A stretch of DNA of 63,572 nucleotides from Candidatus Limnocylindria bacterium (GTDB lineage: Bacteria; Chloroflexota; Limnocylindria; P2-11E). The position numbers and the translations under genes were made by a program. How positions within the stretch are numbered: position 1 is the first letter of the stretch; every line of letters begins with the position of its first letter. Below the pieces are notes generated by a model. The model searched no databases and was not told the origin of the DNA. It saw only the letters and a list, made by a program, of their open reading frames with translations. The stretch covers positions 1 to 63,572 of the forward strand of contig DATCNH010000047.1 in assembly GCA_036565345.1 (NCBI GenBank), in the 5' to 3' direction. Below are positions 17,364 through 26,320 of this stretch, piece by piece.

Positions 17364-18164
17364 TCACCGCCCCTCGAACGACGCCGGACGCTTGGCGAGG
17401 AACGCCTGCACGCCCTCGGCGTAGTCGTGCGAGCGGCCGGCGCGGTCCTGCAGGCCGGCCTCGACCTCGAGGAACGCGTCAAGGTCGTGGTCCCAGGCGG
17501 CGTTCAGGCCCTCCTTGGACAGGGCGTAGGCCTCGGTCGCGCCGGCGGCGACACCCCGTGCATAGGTACGCCACGCCGCCGCGAATTCCTCGTCCGGCCA
17601 GACCCGGGTCACCAGGCCGATCCGAAGCGCCTCGGCGCTCGAGACCGGCTCGCCGCCGATGATGAAGTCGATCGCGCGACCCCAGCCGATCAGCCGCGGC
17701 AGGAAGAACGCCGACCCCGCGTCCGGCACCAGGCCGACCCGGCTCCAGGCCGCGCGGAACGAGGCCGAAGCGGCGGCGACCCGGACATCGCAGGCGGCAA
17801 CGAGCCCGAGTGCCGCGCCGGCGACGACCCCGTTCGCCGCGGCGATGACCGGCTTGCGCATCCGCCGGATCTGGGCGATGAGCGGGTGGTAGCGGCGCCG
17901 AAGCTCGTCGCCCAGGTGGAGCTCGGCACCCGACTCGAGGGCGGCAGCGCGATCACGAAGGTCCTGGCCGGCGGAGAACGCGCGTCCGGCCCCGGTGATC
18001 ACCACCGCGCGGACCGCGCGGTCGGCCCCTACATCGGCGACCGCGGCCGCGAGCGCCCGAGTCATCGCCTCGTCGAAGGCATTGAGGACGGCCGGGCGGT
18101 CGAGGGTGATGATCGCGAGGCCGCCGTCCCGCTCGAGCCGGACCGGCGGGGGCGCTCCGCTCAT
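17364..18164 (-). CDS. Enoyl-CoA hydratase/isomerase family protein
   Basis: ATG at 18164 in an ATGA overlap. MSGAPPPVRLERDGGLAIITLDRPAVLNAF and GRAFSAGQDL are crotonase-fold blocks. The 474-aa ORF is a spurious 5' extension. Confidence 0.85.
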   Translation of the reverse strand: MSGAPPPVRLERDGGLAIITLDRPAVLNAFDEAMTRALAAAVADVGADRAVRAVVITGAGRAFSAGQDLRDRAAALESGAELHLGDELRRRYHPLIAQIRRMRKPVIAAANGVVAGAALGLVAACDVRVAAASASFRAAWSRVGLVPDAGSAFFLPRLIGWGRAIDFIIGGEPVSSAEALRIGLVTRVWPDEEFAAAWRTYARGVAAGATEAYALSKEGLNAAWDHDLDAFLEVEAGLQDRAGRSHDYAEGVQAFLAKRPASFEGR

Positions 18165-18931
18165 TTCGCCTTGAACACGGGCTTGCGCTTGTTCACGAAC
18201 GCGTCGACGCCCTCCCTCTTGTCCTCCGTGGCGAAGAGAAGATAGAAGGCCTTGCGCTCGAACTCGAGGCCGGCGTCGAGCGTCGAGTTCTGCGCGAGGT
18301 CGATCGCTTCGGTCGCCAATCGGACGGCGATCGGAGCCTTCGCGGCGATCGTGCGGGCAAGGGCCTTCGCGTCGTCGAGCCAGGAGGCTGCGGGATAGAC
18401 ATGGACCGCCAAGCCGATCGCCTTCGCCTCGGCGGCGGTGATGCGACGGCCGGTGAGGACGAGCTCCATCGCGACGTACTTTCCCACCGCGCGGGTGAGC
18501 CGCTGGGTACCACCGGCCCCGGGGATGATCCCGAGATTGACCTCGGGCTGACCGAACTGGGCGGTCTCGGAGGCGACGATGATGTCGCAGAGCATCGCGA
18601 GCTCGCATCCTCCGCCGAGCGCGTAGCCCGAGACCGCGGCGATGATCGGCGTGCGCACCCGGCGGACCCGTTCCCAGGCCGAGGTGAGGTCCTGCTCGAG
18701 CATCGAGACCGCGGTAGCGGTGACGAACGCGTCCTTGATGTCGGCCCCGGCGGCGAACGCCTTGTCGTTGCCGGTGAGGACGATGCACCGGATCTCGGGG
18801 TCCCGGTCGAGCTCCTCGAGGGCGGCCACGAGATCGGCCATGAGCTCCTCGGACAGCGCGTTCAGGACCTCCGGACGATCCAGCTGGACCGTCGCGATGG
18901 GCGTGTCGCGGGTGACGATGATCGTGCTCAC
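18161..18931 (-). CDS. Enoyl-CoA hydratase (crotonase)
   Basis: 256 aa. ATVQLDRPEVLNAL, KAFAAGADIKD and GYALGGGCELAM are crotonase blocks. Confidence 0.9.
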   Translation of the reverse strand: MSTIIVTRDTPIATVQLDRPEVLNALSEELMADLVAALEELDRDPEIRCIVLTGNDKAFAAGADIKDAFVTATAVSMLEQDLTSAWERVRRVRTPIIAAVSGYALGGGCELAMLCDIIVASETAQFGQPEVNLGIIPGAGGTQRLTRAVGKYVAMELVLTGRRITAAEAKAIGLAVHVYPAASWLDDAKALARTIAAKAPIAVRLATEAIDLAQNSTLDAGLEFERKAFYLLFATEDKREGVDAFVNKRKPVFKAK

Positions 18932-18964
18932 GTGCGGTGACCCCCCATATTCTCCGCCGAGTAT

Positions 18965-19774
18965 CTAGTAGAGCTGGCCCTTGGGCGCCGGCTGGCAGCC
19001 AGGGCAGAGATCGACCTCGCCGAGACCGCTCCGAACACGCTTGATCGTCGCCCCGCAGCGCGGACAGGGGCCGCCGGCGCGCCCGCGGATCCGCAGATGG
19101 TCACGCGGCTTCGTTCCGAGGGCAGGCGGCATCGCCCGCTCGACCTCGGCCACCGCGGCGGCAATGACGTCACGAACGGAGCCATGAAGGCGCGCGAGCT
19201 CGTCCGCAGTAAGTGAGCCGATGCGCCGCTTCGGATGGAGCCGCGCGTCCCAGAGGATCTCATCGGCGTAGGCGTTCCCGATGCCCCCGATGAACCGCTG
19301 GTCCATGAGCAGGTTGCGCAGCTCCATCCGCCTCGCCTTCGCCCGCGCGGCGAACTCGTCGAAGGTCCAGCCGGGCGCGCCCGCCTCGGGACCGGTCTCG
19401 GCGAGTCCGGGCGCTGGGGCGCCCAGGTAGATCTTCCCCATCCGCGTGTCGTCCCGGTACCGGAGCTCATCGCCTCCCTCGAACTCCAGGCGCAGGCGGG
19501 TGTCCGTGCTCACCCGCGTGCCGGCCGGGACGAGCGCGAACACCCCGGAGAGCATCGGATTCACGACCATCGTGCTCGCGTCGTCCAGATCGAAGAGCAG
19601 GAACTTTCCCCGGTGGCGGACGCCGTCCAGTCGCCGGCCGACGAGCAGCTCATCGATCGGCCGGGTGGCCCGGAGGACCACCGGGTCGCCGATGCGGACC
19701 GCGACGATCCGGCGGCCGGTGAGCGCGGTGGCGATGCGTCCCCGGACCACCTGGAGGTCCGGCCATTCCGGCAC
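18965..19774 (-). CDS. Fpg/Nei family DNA glycosylase / AP lyase
   Basis: The N-terminus is Pro-Glu after the initiator (GTG start, PEWPDL). It has an H2TH region and a C-terminal zinc finger CPRCGATIKRVRSGLGEVDLCPGC. Confidence 0.85.
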   Translation of the reverse strand: MPEWPDLQVVRGRIATALTGRRIVAVRIGDPVVLRATRPIDELLVGRRLDGVRHRGKFLLFDLDDASTMVVNPMLSGVFALVPAGTRVSTDTRLRLEFEGGDELRYRDDTRMGKIYLGAPAPGLAETGPEAGAPGWTFDEFAARAKARRMELRNLLMDQRFIGGIGNAYADEILWDARLHPKRRIGSLTADELARLHGSVRDVIAAAVAEVERAMPPALGTKPRDHLRIRGRAGGPCPRCGATIKRVRSGLGEVDLCPGCQPAPKGQLY

Positions 19775-19780
19775 GGTCGG

Positions 19781-20746
19781 CTAGTCCGCGACCGCGGCGA
19801 GCCAGCGCGGCTCGGGCAGGCCGAAACGGCGTGCCGCCCAGGCAAGGCTGGCCTTGAACTGACGGCGCTGCCACGGGCGGAGGCGCGGCAGGCCAGTGAC
19901 TGGCGGCCGCCAGGCACAGTCTGCAAAATAGCCGGCAACCCTAGCAAGCGACGCGTCGATCGCGCCGTCGCGCAGTGACAGCACGCGGGTGTATTCGTCG
20001 AGGATCGCTTCGGGGACAGGTCCGCCTTCAGCTGCAACGGTCTGCGCGAAGGCCACGAAATCGAACTCCACCGGGCCGACGCTCGCGAATGGCCAGTCGA
20101 AGATCCGCAACCGCTCACCGACGATGCGGATATTGTCGGAACGCGTGTCGCCATGAAGGAGCGCGAACGGCCCGCGCAGTCGGGCGAGCCGTCTTTCGCC
20201 GTCGCGCAGCAGCGGCAGCGCCACGTCGAGCCACTCTTCGGCTTCATCCCTCCGGCGACGTGCAAGCGACGCAACGGCTCGGATCTCGCCACGCGCCACG
20301 AGTCGTGACCAAAACACGAATTCGACGTGCTCAGTGCGTGAGAGCCAGCGCGGGAGTGCCGTGCCGAGCGTGCTCTTATGGAAGCGCGCGTAATCTCGCG
20401 CGGCCCGGCGCATCTTCAGGTGGGTCCATGGCGGGACGCTCCGGGGGCCGAGATCTTCGAGCGCAAGCACGTGCCACCCGTCGCGCTCGAACGATCCGAA
20501 GTAGCGCGGCGCCCACCGCTCGACGCGCTCGCCGACGGAGCGGTAGAACCGTTCCTCGCGATCGACCGACCAGTGCACTGCGCTTCCCGTGGGCAAGGGA
20601 TACGTTGACTTCAGGAATACCCGTCGCCCATTCCTGAGCGCGACGCGAAAGGTGGCCGAGGGCGCATAGCCGCCGTAGACACGTTCGGCCCGCGCCACTG
20701 GCGAGCCAAGCAGCTTGGCGACCTCGTCCTTCACCGTGCGCGGCAC
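19781..20746 (-). CDS. Phosphotransferase (APH/choline kinase-like) family protein
   Basis: Catalytic loop HGDTRSDNIRI and the metal-binding IFDWPFASVG. The start is uncertain: GTG 20746 or 20734 avoids overlap with the upstream stop at 20769, while the ORF ATG is at 20839. Confidence 0.7.
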   Translation of the reverse strand: MPRTVKDEVAKLLGSPVARAERVYGGYAPSATFRVALRNGRRVFLKSTYPLPTGSAVHWSVDREERFYRSVGERVERWAPRYFGSFERDGWHVLALEDLGPRSVPPWTHLKMRRAARDYARFHKSTLGTALPRWLSRTEHVEFVFWSRLVARGEIRAVASLARRRRDEAEEWLDVALPLLRDGERRLARLRGPFALLHGDTRSDNIRIVGERLRIFDWPFASVGPVEFDFVAFAQTVAAEGGPVPEAILDEYTRVLSLRDGAIDASLARVAGYFADCAWRPPVTGLPRLRPWQRRQFKASLAWAARRFGLPEPRWLAAVAD

Positions 20747-20768
20747 CGCCGACCACGGCGGCTTGGCC

Positions 20769-22679
20769 TCAGCCCCGGTCCGCGACACTGGTCCGCAGCT
20801 GCTCCCAGGCTTCGCGCGCCTCTTCGACGGAGCCTTCATCCTCGATCGTCGAGATGTCCCCGGGGTCCTTCCCCAGGATCACCGCCTTCAGCACGCGGCG
20901 CATGATCTTGCCGCTCCGCGTCTTCGGGAGCAGGTCCACGAAGTTGAGCTCGCCGATCACTGCAAGCGGCCCCAGCTCGCGCCGGACCGTGGCGAGGAGC
21001 TCTGCCTTCAGCGCCTCCGACGGCGCAGTCCCCTTCTTGAGGACGACAAAGGCCGAGATGACCATGCCCCGAAGTTCGTCGGGCCGGCCGGTGACCCCGG
21101 CCTCGGCGACCGCGGGGTGGCGGAGGAACGCGGTCTCGACCTCGATCGTCCCGATGCGATGGTCGGCGATCTTGATGATCTCGTCGGCCCGGCCGCTGAA
21201 CCAGACGTACCCGTCGTCGTCGATGCTCGTGGCGTCGCCGGTGAAATAGACCCGCTTGCCGGGGACCTTGTCCCAATAGTCCTTCGCGTACCGCTCCGGC
21301 TCGGCCCAGAGGCGCGCGGTGAGCCCGGGGAACGGCCGGGTGATGACGAAGATCCCCTTTTCCCCGGGCGCGCAGAGCTCGCCCTCGGGCGTCAGGACCT
21401 CGGCTTCGATCCCCGCGAGCGGCACCCCGGAGGAGCCGGGCTTGATCGGCAGCATCGCGATCCCGTAGGGATTGCCCACGATCGGCCCGCCGGTCTCGGT
21501 CTGCCAGTAGTGGTCGATGACCGGGATCCGATCGCCGAAGATCTCCTTCTGGAACCACTCCCAGGCCGGCGCGTTCAGCACCTCGCCGGCACAGAACATC
21601 CGCTCCACTCTCGAAAGGTCGTGCTGTGCAGCGGCGGCCGCCCCGGAGCGCATCAGCAGCCGGACCGCCGTCGGCGAGGTGAACCCGCCGGTGACCTTGT
21701 TCGCGGCCATGATCCGGTAGAACGCGTCCGGACCCGGATGATCGATCGCGCCTTCGTACGCGATCGTGGTGCAGCCGACCAGGAGCGGCCCGAACACGAT
21801 GTAGCTGTGACCCACGACCCAGCCGATGTCCGAGGTGGACCACCAGACGTCGGTCGGCCGCAGCCCGAACATCCACTCGGCCATCGCCCGGACGTGCACC
21901 TGATAGCCACCGTGGGTGTGGACCGCGAGCTTCGGCTTGGCGGTCGTTCCCGAGGTGGCGAGGATGTAGGCCGGCTCATTCGACTCCATGACCGCGTGAG
22001 CATCGTCCTGCCCCGCCCCGTGCCGCAGGAACTCTTCCCAGGTCTCGTCCCGGGTCGTGTCCCAGGAGATCTCCCCTGGTCCGCGCTTGAGGACCACGAC
22101 GCGCTCGACGCTCGGGCAATCGGCGACGGCCAAGTCGACGATCGCCTTGAGGGGCACGTCCTTGCCCTTGCGATACGTGCTGTCGGTCGCGAAGACGGCT
22201 TTGGCGCCCGCGAGACGCACTCGCTCGCCGAGCGCGCCGCTCCCGAACCCGGCAAAGACCACGATGATCACCGCGCCGATCCGGATGGCGCCGAGCATGA
22301 GCGCGATCGCCTCCTCGCAGGTCGGCATGTAGATCGCGACGCGGTCCCCCCGGCCGATGCCAAGCGCGCGCAGCCCGCGGCCGATGCTGCGGGCCTGCTC
22401 GAGCAGCTCGGCGTAGGTCCGCTCGCGCCGCTCCCCTCGCTCGTTCTCGGTGATGAGCGCGATCCGGTCGCCGCCGCCCGCGTTCACGTGAGCGTCCAGG
22501 CAGTTGTAGGCGAGGTTCGTCTCGCCGCCGACGAACCAGCGGAACGTCGGCGGGTCCCACGCGAAGACCGTGTCCCACCGCCTCGACCAGGGGACCTTCT
22601 CCGCGGCGGCGGCCCAGAAGCCCTCGGGGTCGCGGGTCGCCGCGGCGCGCCAGGCGGCGACCGTTTCCGCGGGGGTCAT
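20769..22679 (-). CDS. Acetyl-/propionyl-CoA synthetase-like AMP-forming acyl-CoA ligase
   Basis: 636 aa. ACS-type N-terminus (FWAAAAEKVPWSRRWDTVF...FVGGETNLAYNCLD), AMP motif TSGTTAKPK, YWQTETGG and a terminal SGKIMRR. Confidence 0.85.
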   Translation of the reverse strand: MTPAETVAAWRAAATRDPEGFWAAAAEKVPWSRRWDTVFAWDPPTFRWFVGGETNLAYNCLDAHVNAGGGDRIALITENERGERRERTYAELLEQARSIGRGLRALGIGRGDRVAIYMPTCEEAIALMLGAIRIGAVIIVVFAGFGSGALGERVRLAGAKAVFATDSTYRKGKDVPLKAIVDLAVADCPSVERVVVLKRGPGEISWDTTRDETWEEFLRHGAGQDDAHAVMESNEPAYILATSGTTAKPKLAVHTHGGYQVHVRAMAEWMFGLRPTDVWWSTSDIGWVVGHSYIVFGPLLVGCTTIAYEGAIDHPGPDAFYRIMAANKVTGGFTSPTAVRLLMRSGAAAAAQHDLSRVERMFCAGEVLNAPAWEWFQKEIFGDRIPVIDHYWQTETGGPIVGNPYGIAMLPIKPGSSGVPLAGIEAEVLTPEGELCAPGEKGIFVITRPFPGLTARLWAEPERYAKDYWDKVPGKRVYFTGDATSIDDDGYVWFSGRADEIIKIADHRIGTIEVETAFLRHPAVAEAGVTGRPDELRGMVISAFVVLKKGTAPSEALKAELLATVRRELGPLAVIGELNFVDLLPKTRSGKIMRRVLKAVILGKDPGDISTIEDEGSVEEAREAWEQLRTSVADRG

Positions 22680-24232
22680 CCGTCGCGCAGCTTGAAGCGC
22701 TGGATCTTGCCGGTCGCGGTCTTGGGCAGCTCGTCGACGAACTCGATCCAGCGCGGGTACTTGTACGGCGTGATGCGGCCTTTCACGAAGGTCCGGAGCT
22801 CATCGGCAAGCGCATCCGTCCCACGGTGCCCCGCCTTCAGGAGGACGAAGGCCTTCGGCTTGAGCAGCTCGTCCTGATCCTTCATCCCCACCACCCCGCA
22901 CTCGAGCACCGCCGGGTGCTCCATGAGCGCGGCCTCGACCTCGACCGGCGAGACCCACTGCCCCGAGACCTTCAGCATGTCGTCGCTGCGGCCCTCGTAG
23001 GTGAAGTAGCCATCCGGGTCGAGATGGTACTTGTCTCCGGTCACCATCCAGGTCCCGCGGATCGTCGCCTTCGTCTTCTCGTGCTTGTTCCAGTAATAGG
23101 CGCACGCGCTGTCGCCGGAGACCCAGAGGTTCCCGGTCCGACCGGCGGGGAGCTCCCGCTCGTCGTCGTCGAGGATCTTCGCCTGATAGCCCGGGACGAC
23201 CACCCCGCTGGTCCCGCCCTTCGCCCGGCCCGGGAGATTAGAAATGAAGATGTGCAGCATCTCGGTCGACCCGATGCCGTCGAGGATCTCGCTGCCGAAG
23301 CGCGCCTTCCAGGCGTCGAAGAGCGCCTTCGGCAACGCTTCTCCGGCGGAGACCGCGAACCGCAGCGAGGACAGGTCATAGGGAAAGTCGGTCGTCGGGT
23401 ACGCGAGGAGCGCGGCGTAGAACGTCGGCGCAGTGAAGAGGATCGTCGGCCGCTCCGCGGTGATGAGGCCGTAAACGAGATCCGGAGTTGCGCGCTCGGG
23501 CTTGAGCACCGTCGAGGCACCGACGCGGAAGGGGAAGAACACGCCATTCCCCAGGCCGTAGGCGTGGAAGAGCGGCGAGACGGTGAAGTGCCGGTCCGCT
23601 TCGGTGCTCCCGAGGACGTGCTTCCCATAGGTCTCGGCGCAGACGAGCATGTCGTGCTGCAGGTGGACCGCGCCCTTCGGGAAGCCGGTCGTCCCGGAGG
23701 AATACAGCCAGAAGCAGGCGTCGTCCGGCGTGGTGTCCGCCGGCGACAGCTCCGCGGCCGCAGCGCTCATGAGCGTCTCGAGCGAGAGCACGCCCGGGCC
23801 GGGATCGTCACCGGGGGCCGCACCGGCGACGATGACGTGCCGCAGGAGCGGCGCGGCGGTGCGGGCCTCGAGGACCTTGGGGAGCAGCGCCGCCGAGACC
23901 ACGATCGCGCGGGCCCGGCTGTCGATGAGGATGTAGGCGAGGTCGCGCGCGGTGAGCAGGGTGTTCACCGGTACCGGGATCGCCCCCAGCTTGATCGCGC
24001 CGAAGAACGAATAGACGAAGGCCGGCGAATCGGCGCAGAGGATGACGATCCGCTGTTCGGGCTCGAGGCCGATCTCGCGGAAGGCGTTGCCGGCACGATC
24101 GACGTTCGCCGCAAGCTCGCCGTAGCTCACGCTCGCGCCCTGGCACCGGATGGCGACCCGATCGTCCCGGACCCCCCGATGCGCGTCGATGAAGGTCTGG
24201 GCGGCGTTGTAGCGGGGGCCGAGATCGAGCAC
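22676..24232 (-). CDS. Benzoate-CoA ligase family acyl-CoA ligase
   Basis: 518 aa. YNAAQTFIDAH is a benzoate/4-hydroxybenzoate-CoA ligase type N-terminus. AMP motif SSGTTGFPKG, then TGDKY and TATGKIQRFKLR. Confidence 0.8.
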   Translation of the reverse strand: MLDLGPRYNAAQTFIDAHRGVRDDRVAIRCQGASVSYGELAANVDRAGNAFREIGLEPEQRIVILCADSPAFVYSFFGAIKLGAIPVPVNTLLTARDLAYILIDSRARAIVVSAALLPKVLEARTAAPLLRHVIVAGAAPGDDPGPGVLSLETLMSAAAAELSPADTTPDDACFWLYSSGTTGFPKGAVHLQHDMLVCAETYGKHVLGSTEADRHFTVSPLFHAYGLGNGVFFPFRVGASTVLKPERATPDLVYGLITAERPTILFTAPTFYAALLAYPTTDFPYDLSSLRFAVSAGEALPKALFDAWKARFGSEILDGIGSTEMLHIFISNLPGRAKGGTSGVVVPGYQAKILDDDERELPAGRTGNLWVSGDSACAYYWNKHEKTKATIRGTWMVTGDKYHLDPDGYFTYEGRSDDMLKVSGQWVSPVEVEAALMEHPAVLECGVVGMKDQDELLKPKAFVLLKAGHRGTDALADELRTFVKGRITPYKYPRWIEFVDELPKTATGKIQRFKLRDG

Positions 24233-24288
24233 GGCGCGATTATCGGTCAGTCGCGTATAAAGGAGCGAACACCACCGGAGGTACGGCC

Positions 24289-25056
24289 CTGGACCTGGGA
24301 TCGCTCGTCGTCGCCGCCCTGCCGGCCTTTGCCGCGAGCGCGGTCGAATTCGCGGAGGCCACGACGATCGTGCTGGCCGTCGGGATCACCCGCGGCTGGC
24401 GTGCGCCGCTCGTTGGCAGCGTCGCCGCCACGCTCACGCTCGGGGTGATCATCGCCCTCCTCGGTGCCACCCTGGTGAACGTGGTGCCCGAGCATGCGCT
24501 GAAGGCCTTCGTGGGCGCTCTGCTCGTCCTCTTTGGGCTCCGCTGGCTTCGCAAGGCGATCCTGCGTTTTGCCGGGATCGTCGCGCTCCACGACGAGGAG
24601 CTGATCTACCAGCGCGAGGTCGCCGAACTGAAAGCGCAGGGCCGGTCGGACACCCGATTCGATACCGTCGGTGCGCTCGTCGCCTTCAAGGCCGTTCTCC
24701 TGGAGGGGACCGAGGTGGCGTTCATCGTCATCGCCTTCGGCGCCGGGGGCGGGGCCGCGCTGAACGCGGCGATCGTTGGTGCGATCGCCGCCGGGGTCCT
24801 GGTCGTCATCCTCGGTGCGGTGCTCCGCCATCCGCTCACGATGGTCCCCGAGAACTGGCTGAAGTTCGGCGTGGGCGCGATGCTCTCGAGCTTCGGGGTC
24901 TTCTGGTTCGCCGAAGGCCTGGGCGACCTGTGGCCGGGCGACGCGCTGTCGGTGCTCCTCATCCTCGGCGCCTTCCTCATCGGGAGCCGCATCGCGGTCG
25001 CGCTCCTGCGGCGGATCCTCCCGGAGGGCGCCGAGGTGGCGGTCAAGAATGTCTAG
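24289..25056 (+). CDS. COG4280-type (GDT1/TerC-like) polytopic membrane protein, putative cation transporter; non-canonical start inferred
   Basis: Two-fold internal repeat with acidic motifs SAVEFAEATTIVLAVG and LLEGTEVAFIVIAFG. The first canonical start (GTG 24370) would delete the first motif. GGAGG (24277-24281) lies 7 nt before an in-frame CTG at 24289. Confidence 0.55.
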   Translation: MDLGSLVVAALPAFAASAVEFAEATTIVLAVGITRGWRAPLVGSVAATLTLGVIIALLGATLVNVVPEHALKAFVGALLVLFGLRWLRKAILRFAGIVALHDEELIYQREVAELKAQGRSDTRFDTVGALVAFKAVLLEGTEVAFIVIAFGAGGGAALNAAIVGAIAAGVLVVILGAVLRHPLTMVPENWLKFGVGAMLSSFGVFWFAEGLGDLWPGDALSVLLILGAFLIGSRIAVALLRRILPEGAEVAVKNV

Positions 25057-25294
25057 CTTCCTGCGCGGCCTCTGGTCGAACACGTTCGGGCTGCTCGTCG
25101 AGGACGGCTCGCTCGCGATCGGCATCCTCGTGGTCCTCGCGATCGCGGGGACGGTGGCGGGCATCGCCGGCCGCCCGGACACCGCCGGTTGGCTACTCCT
25201 GGTCGGTCTGGTCGGGCTGTTGATCGCCAACGTGTACCGCGCCGGGCTCGCCGCGAGACGGGCGGTGGCGCGGGACGTCGAGGCACCCCGCTAG
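25049..25294 (+). CDS. Small two-TM membrane protein (hypothetical)
   Basis: 81 aa. The ATG overlaps the upstream stop by 8 nt, with GAGGTGG upstream. Two hydrophobic helices and high GC3. Confidence 0.45.
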   Translation: MSSFLRGLWSNTFGLLVEDGSLAIGILVVLAIAGTVAGIAGRPDTAGWLLLVGLVGLLIANVYRAGLAARRAVARDVEAPR

Positions 25295-25298
25295 GCGA

Positions 25299-26318
25299 TC
25301 AGGCCGACGCGCGCGCCCTCAGCCGGGGCAGGACCTCGGTACCGAAGAGCTCCAGGAACCGCGGCTGATCCGGCCCGGGAGCGTGGAACACGAGGTGGGT
25401 GAATCCATAGCCGGCATAGACGGAGATCTGCTCCACCATCTCCTCCGGGTCGCTCGAAACAAGCCAGCGTGAAGCGACCTGCTCGAGCGGCAATGTGGCG
25501 GCGCGGCGCTCCATTTCTCGGGGATCGTCTACCCCGACCTTGTCCTCGGCCGGAAGCGCGAGGGCGGCCCAATGACGGGTGTCCTCGAGCGCCCGCTGGC
25601 GGTCGCGATCGAACGACACCTTGACCTCGATCATCCGCTCGAGCCCGGCCGGGTCGCGCTTTGCCTTCGTCGCCGCCTCGGCGAACGCCGGAAGCAACGT
25701 GTCGGTGTAGAGCGCGGAGCCCTTTCCGCTGGTGCAGATGAGCCCATCACCGATCCGGCCGGCCAGCCGTGCGGCGGACTCGCCCGAGGCGGCGACGTAG
25801 AGCGGGATCGGTCGCTCCGGACGGTCGTAGACGGTCGCGCCCCGGGTGTGGAAGTACGTGCCATCGAAGGTGACCGACTCCTCGGTCCACAGTCGCCGGA
25901 TGATCTCGATCGCCTCTTTCAGGCGGCCAAAGCGCTCCTTGAAGTCCGGCCACTCGATCGCCAGCACCGGGACCTCGTTCATTGACTCGCCCGTCCCCAC
26001 CCCCAGGAGGACCCGGTCCGGATTCAGCGCCGCGAGGGTGGCCATCGCCTGCGCGACTATCGCCGGGTGATAGCGGAACGTCGGTGTCACCACGCTCGTG
26101 CCGAGAGTGATCTGCGAGGTGCGCTCGCCGAGGGCGGCGAGCCAGGCGAACGAGAACGGGGCATGCCCGTCGGTGTGGCGCCAGGGCTGGAAGTGGTCGC
26201 TCACCACGACGCTGTCGAATCCCTGCGCCTCGGCCGCGACGGCGAAGTCGAGAAGCGGTCGCGCGGCGAACTGTTCGGCGGAGGCTTTGTATCCGAGCTT
26301 CATCGGACGATCGCTCAC
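25299..26318 (-). CDS. fgd: F420-dependent glucose-6-phosphate dehydrogenase
   Basis: MKLGYKASAEQF...VVVSDHFQPWRH...GVGTGESMNE is unmistakably Fgd (luciferase-like). GTG 26318 has GGGGAGG 7 nt upstream; ATG 26303 is the alternative start. The 427-aa ORF is an artefactual extension. Confidence 0.9.
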   Translation of the reverse strand: MSDRPMKLGYKASAEQFAARPLLDFAVAAEAQGFDSVVVSDHFQPWRHTDGHAPFSFAWLAALGERTSQITLGTSVVTPTFRYHPAIVAQAMATLAALNPDRVLLGVGTGESMNEVPVLAIEWPDFKERFGRLKEAIEIIRRLWTEESVTFDGTYFHTRGATVYDRPERPIPLYVAASGESAARLAGRIGDGLICTSGKGSALYTDTLLPAFAEAATKAKRDPAGLERMIEVKVSFDRDRQRALEDTRHWAALALPAEDKVGVDDPREMERRAATLPLEQVASRWLVSSDPEEMVEQISVYAGYGFTHLVFHAPGPDQPRFLELFGTEVLPRLRARASA

Positions 26319-26320
26319 GC

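Noticed and set aside
20715-22877. 720-aa plus-strand ORF. Many similar long ORFs occur elsewhere, for example 16127-17662, 24247-25230, 26492-28012, 43434-44612, 47795-49717 and 59736-61052.
   Set aside because: All lie antisense to, or out of frame with, genes that have unmistakable family motifs. Their translations are Arg/Gly/Pro/Asp-rich low-complexity strings typical of non-coding frames in very GC-rich DNA. None shows a recognisable motif.
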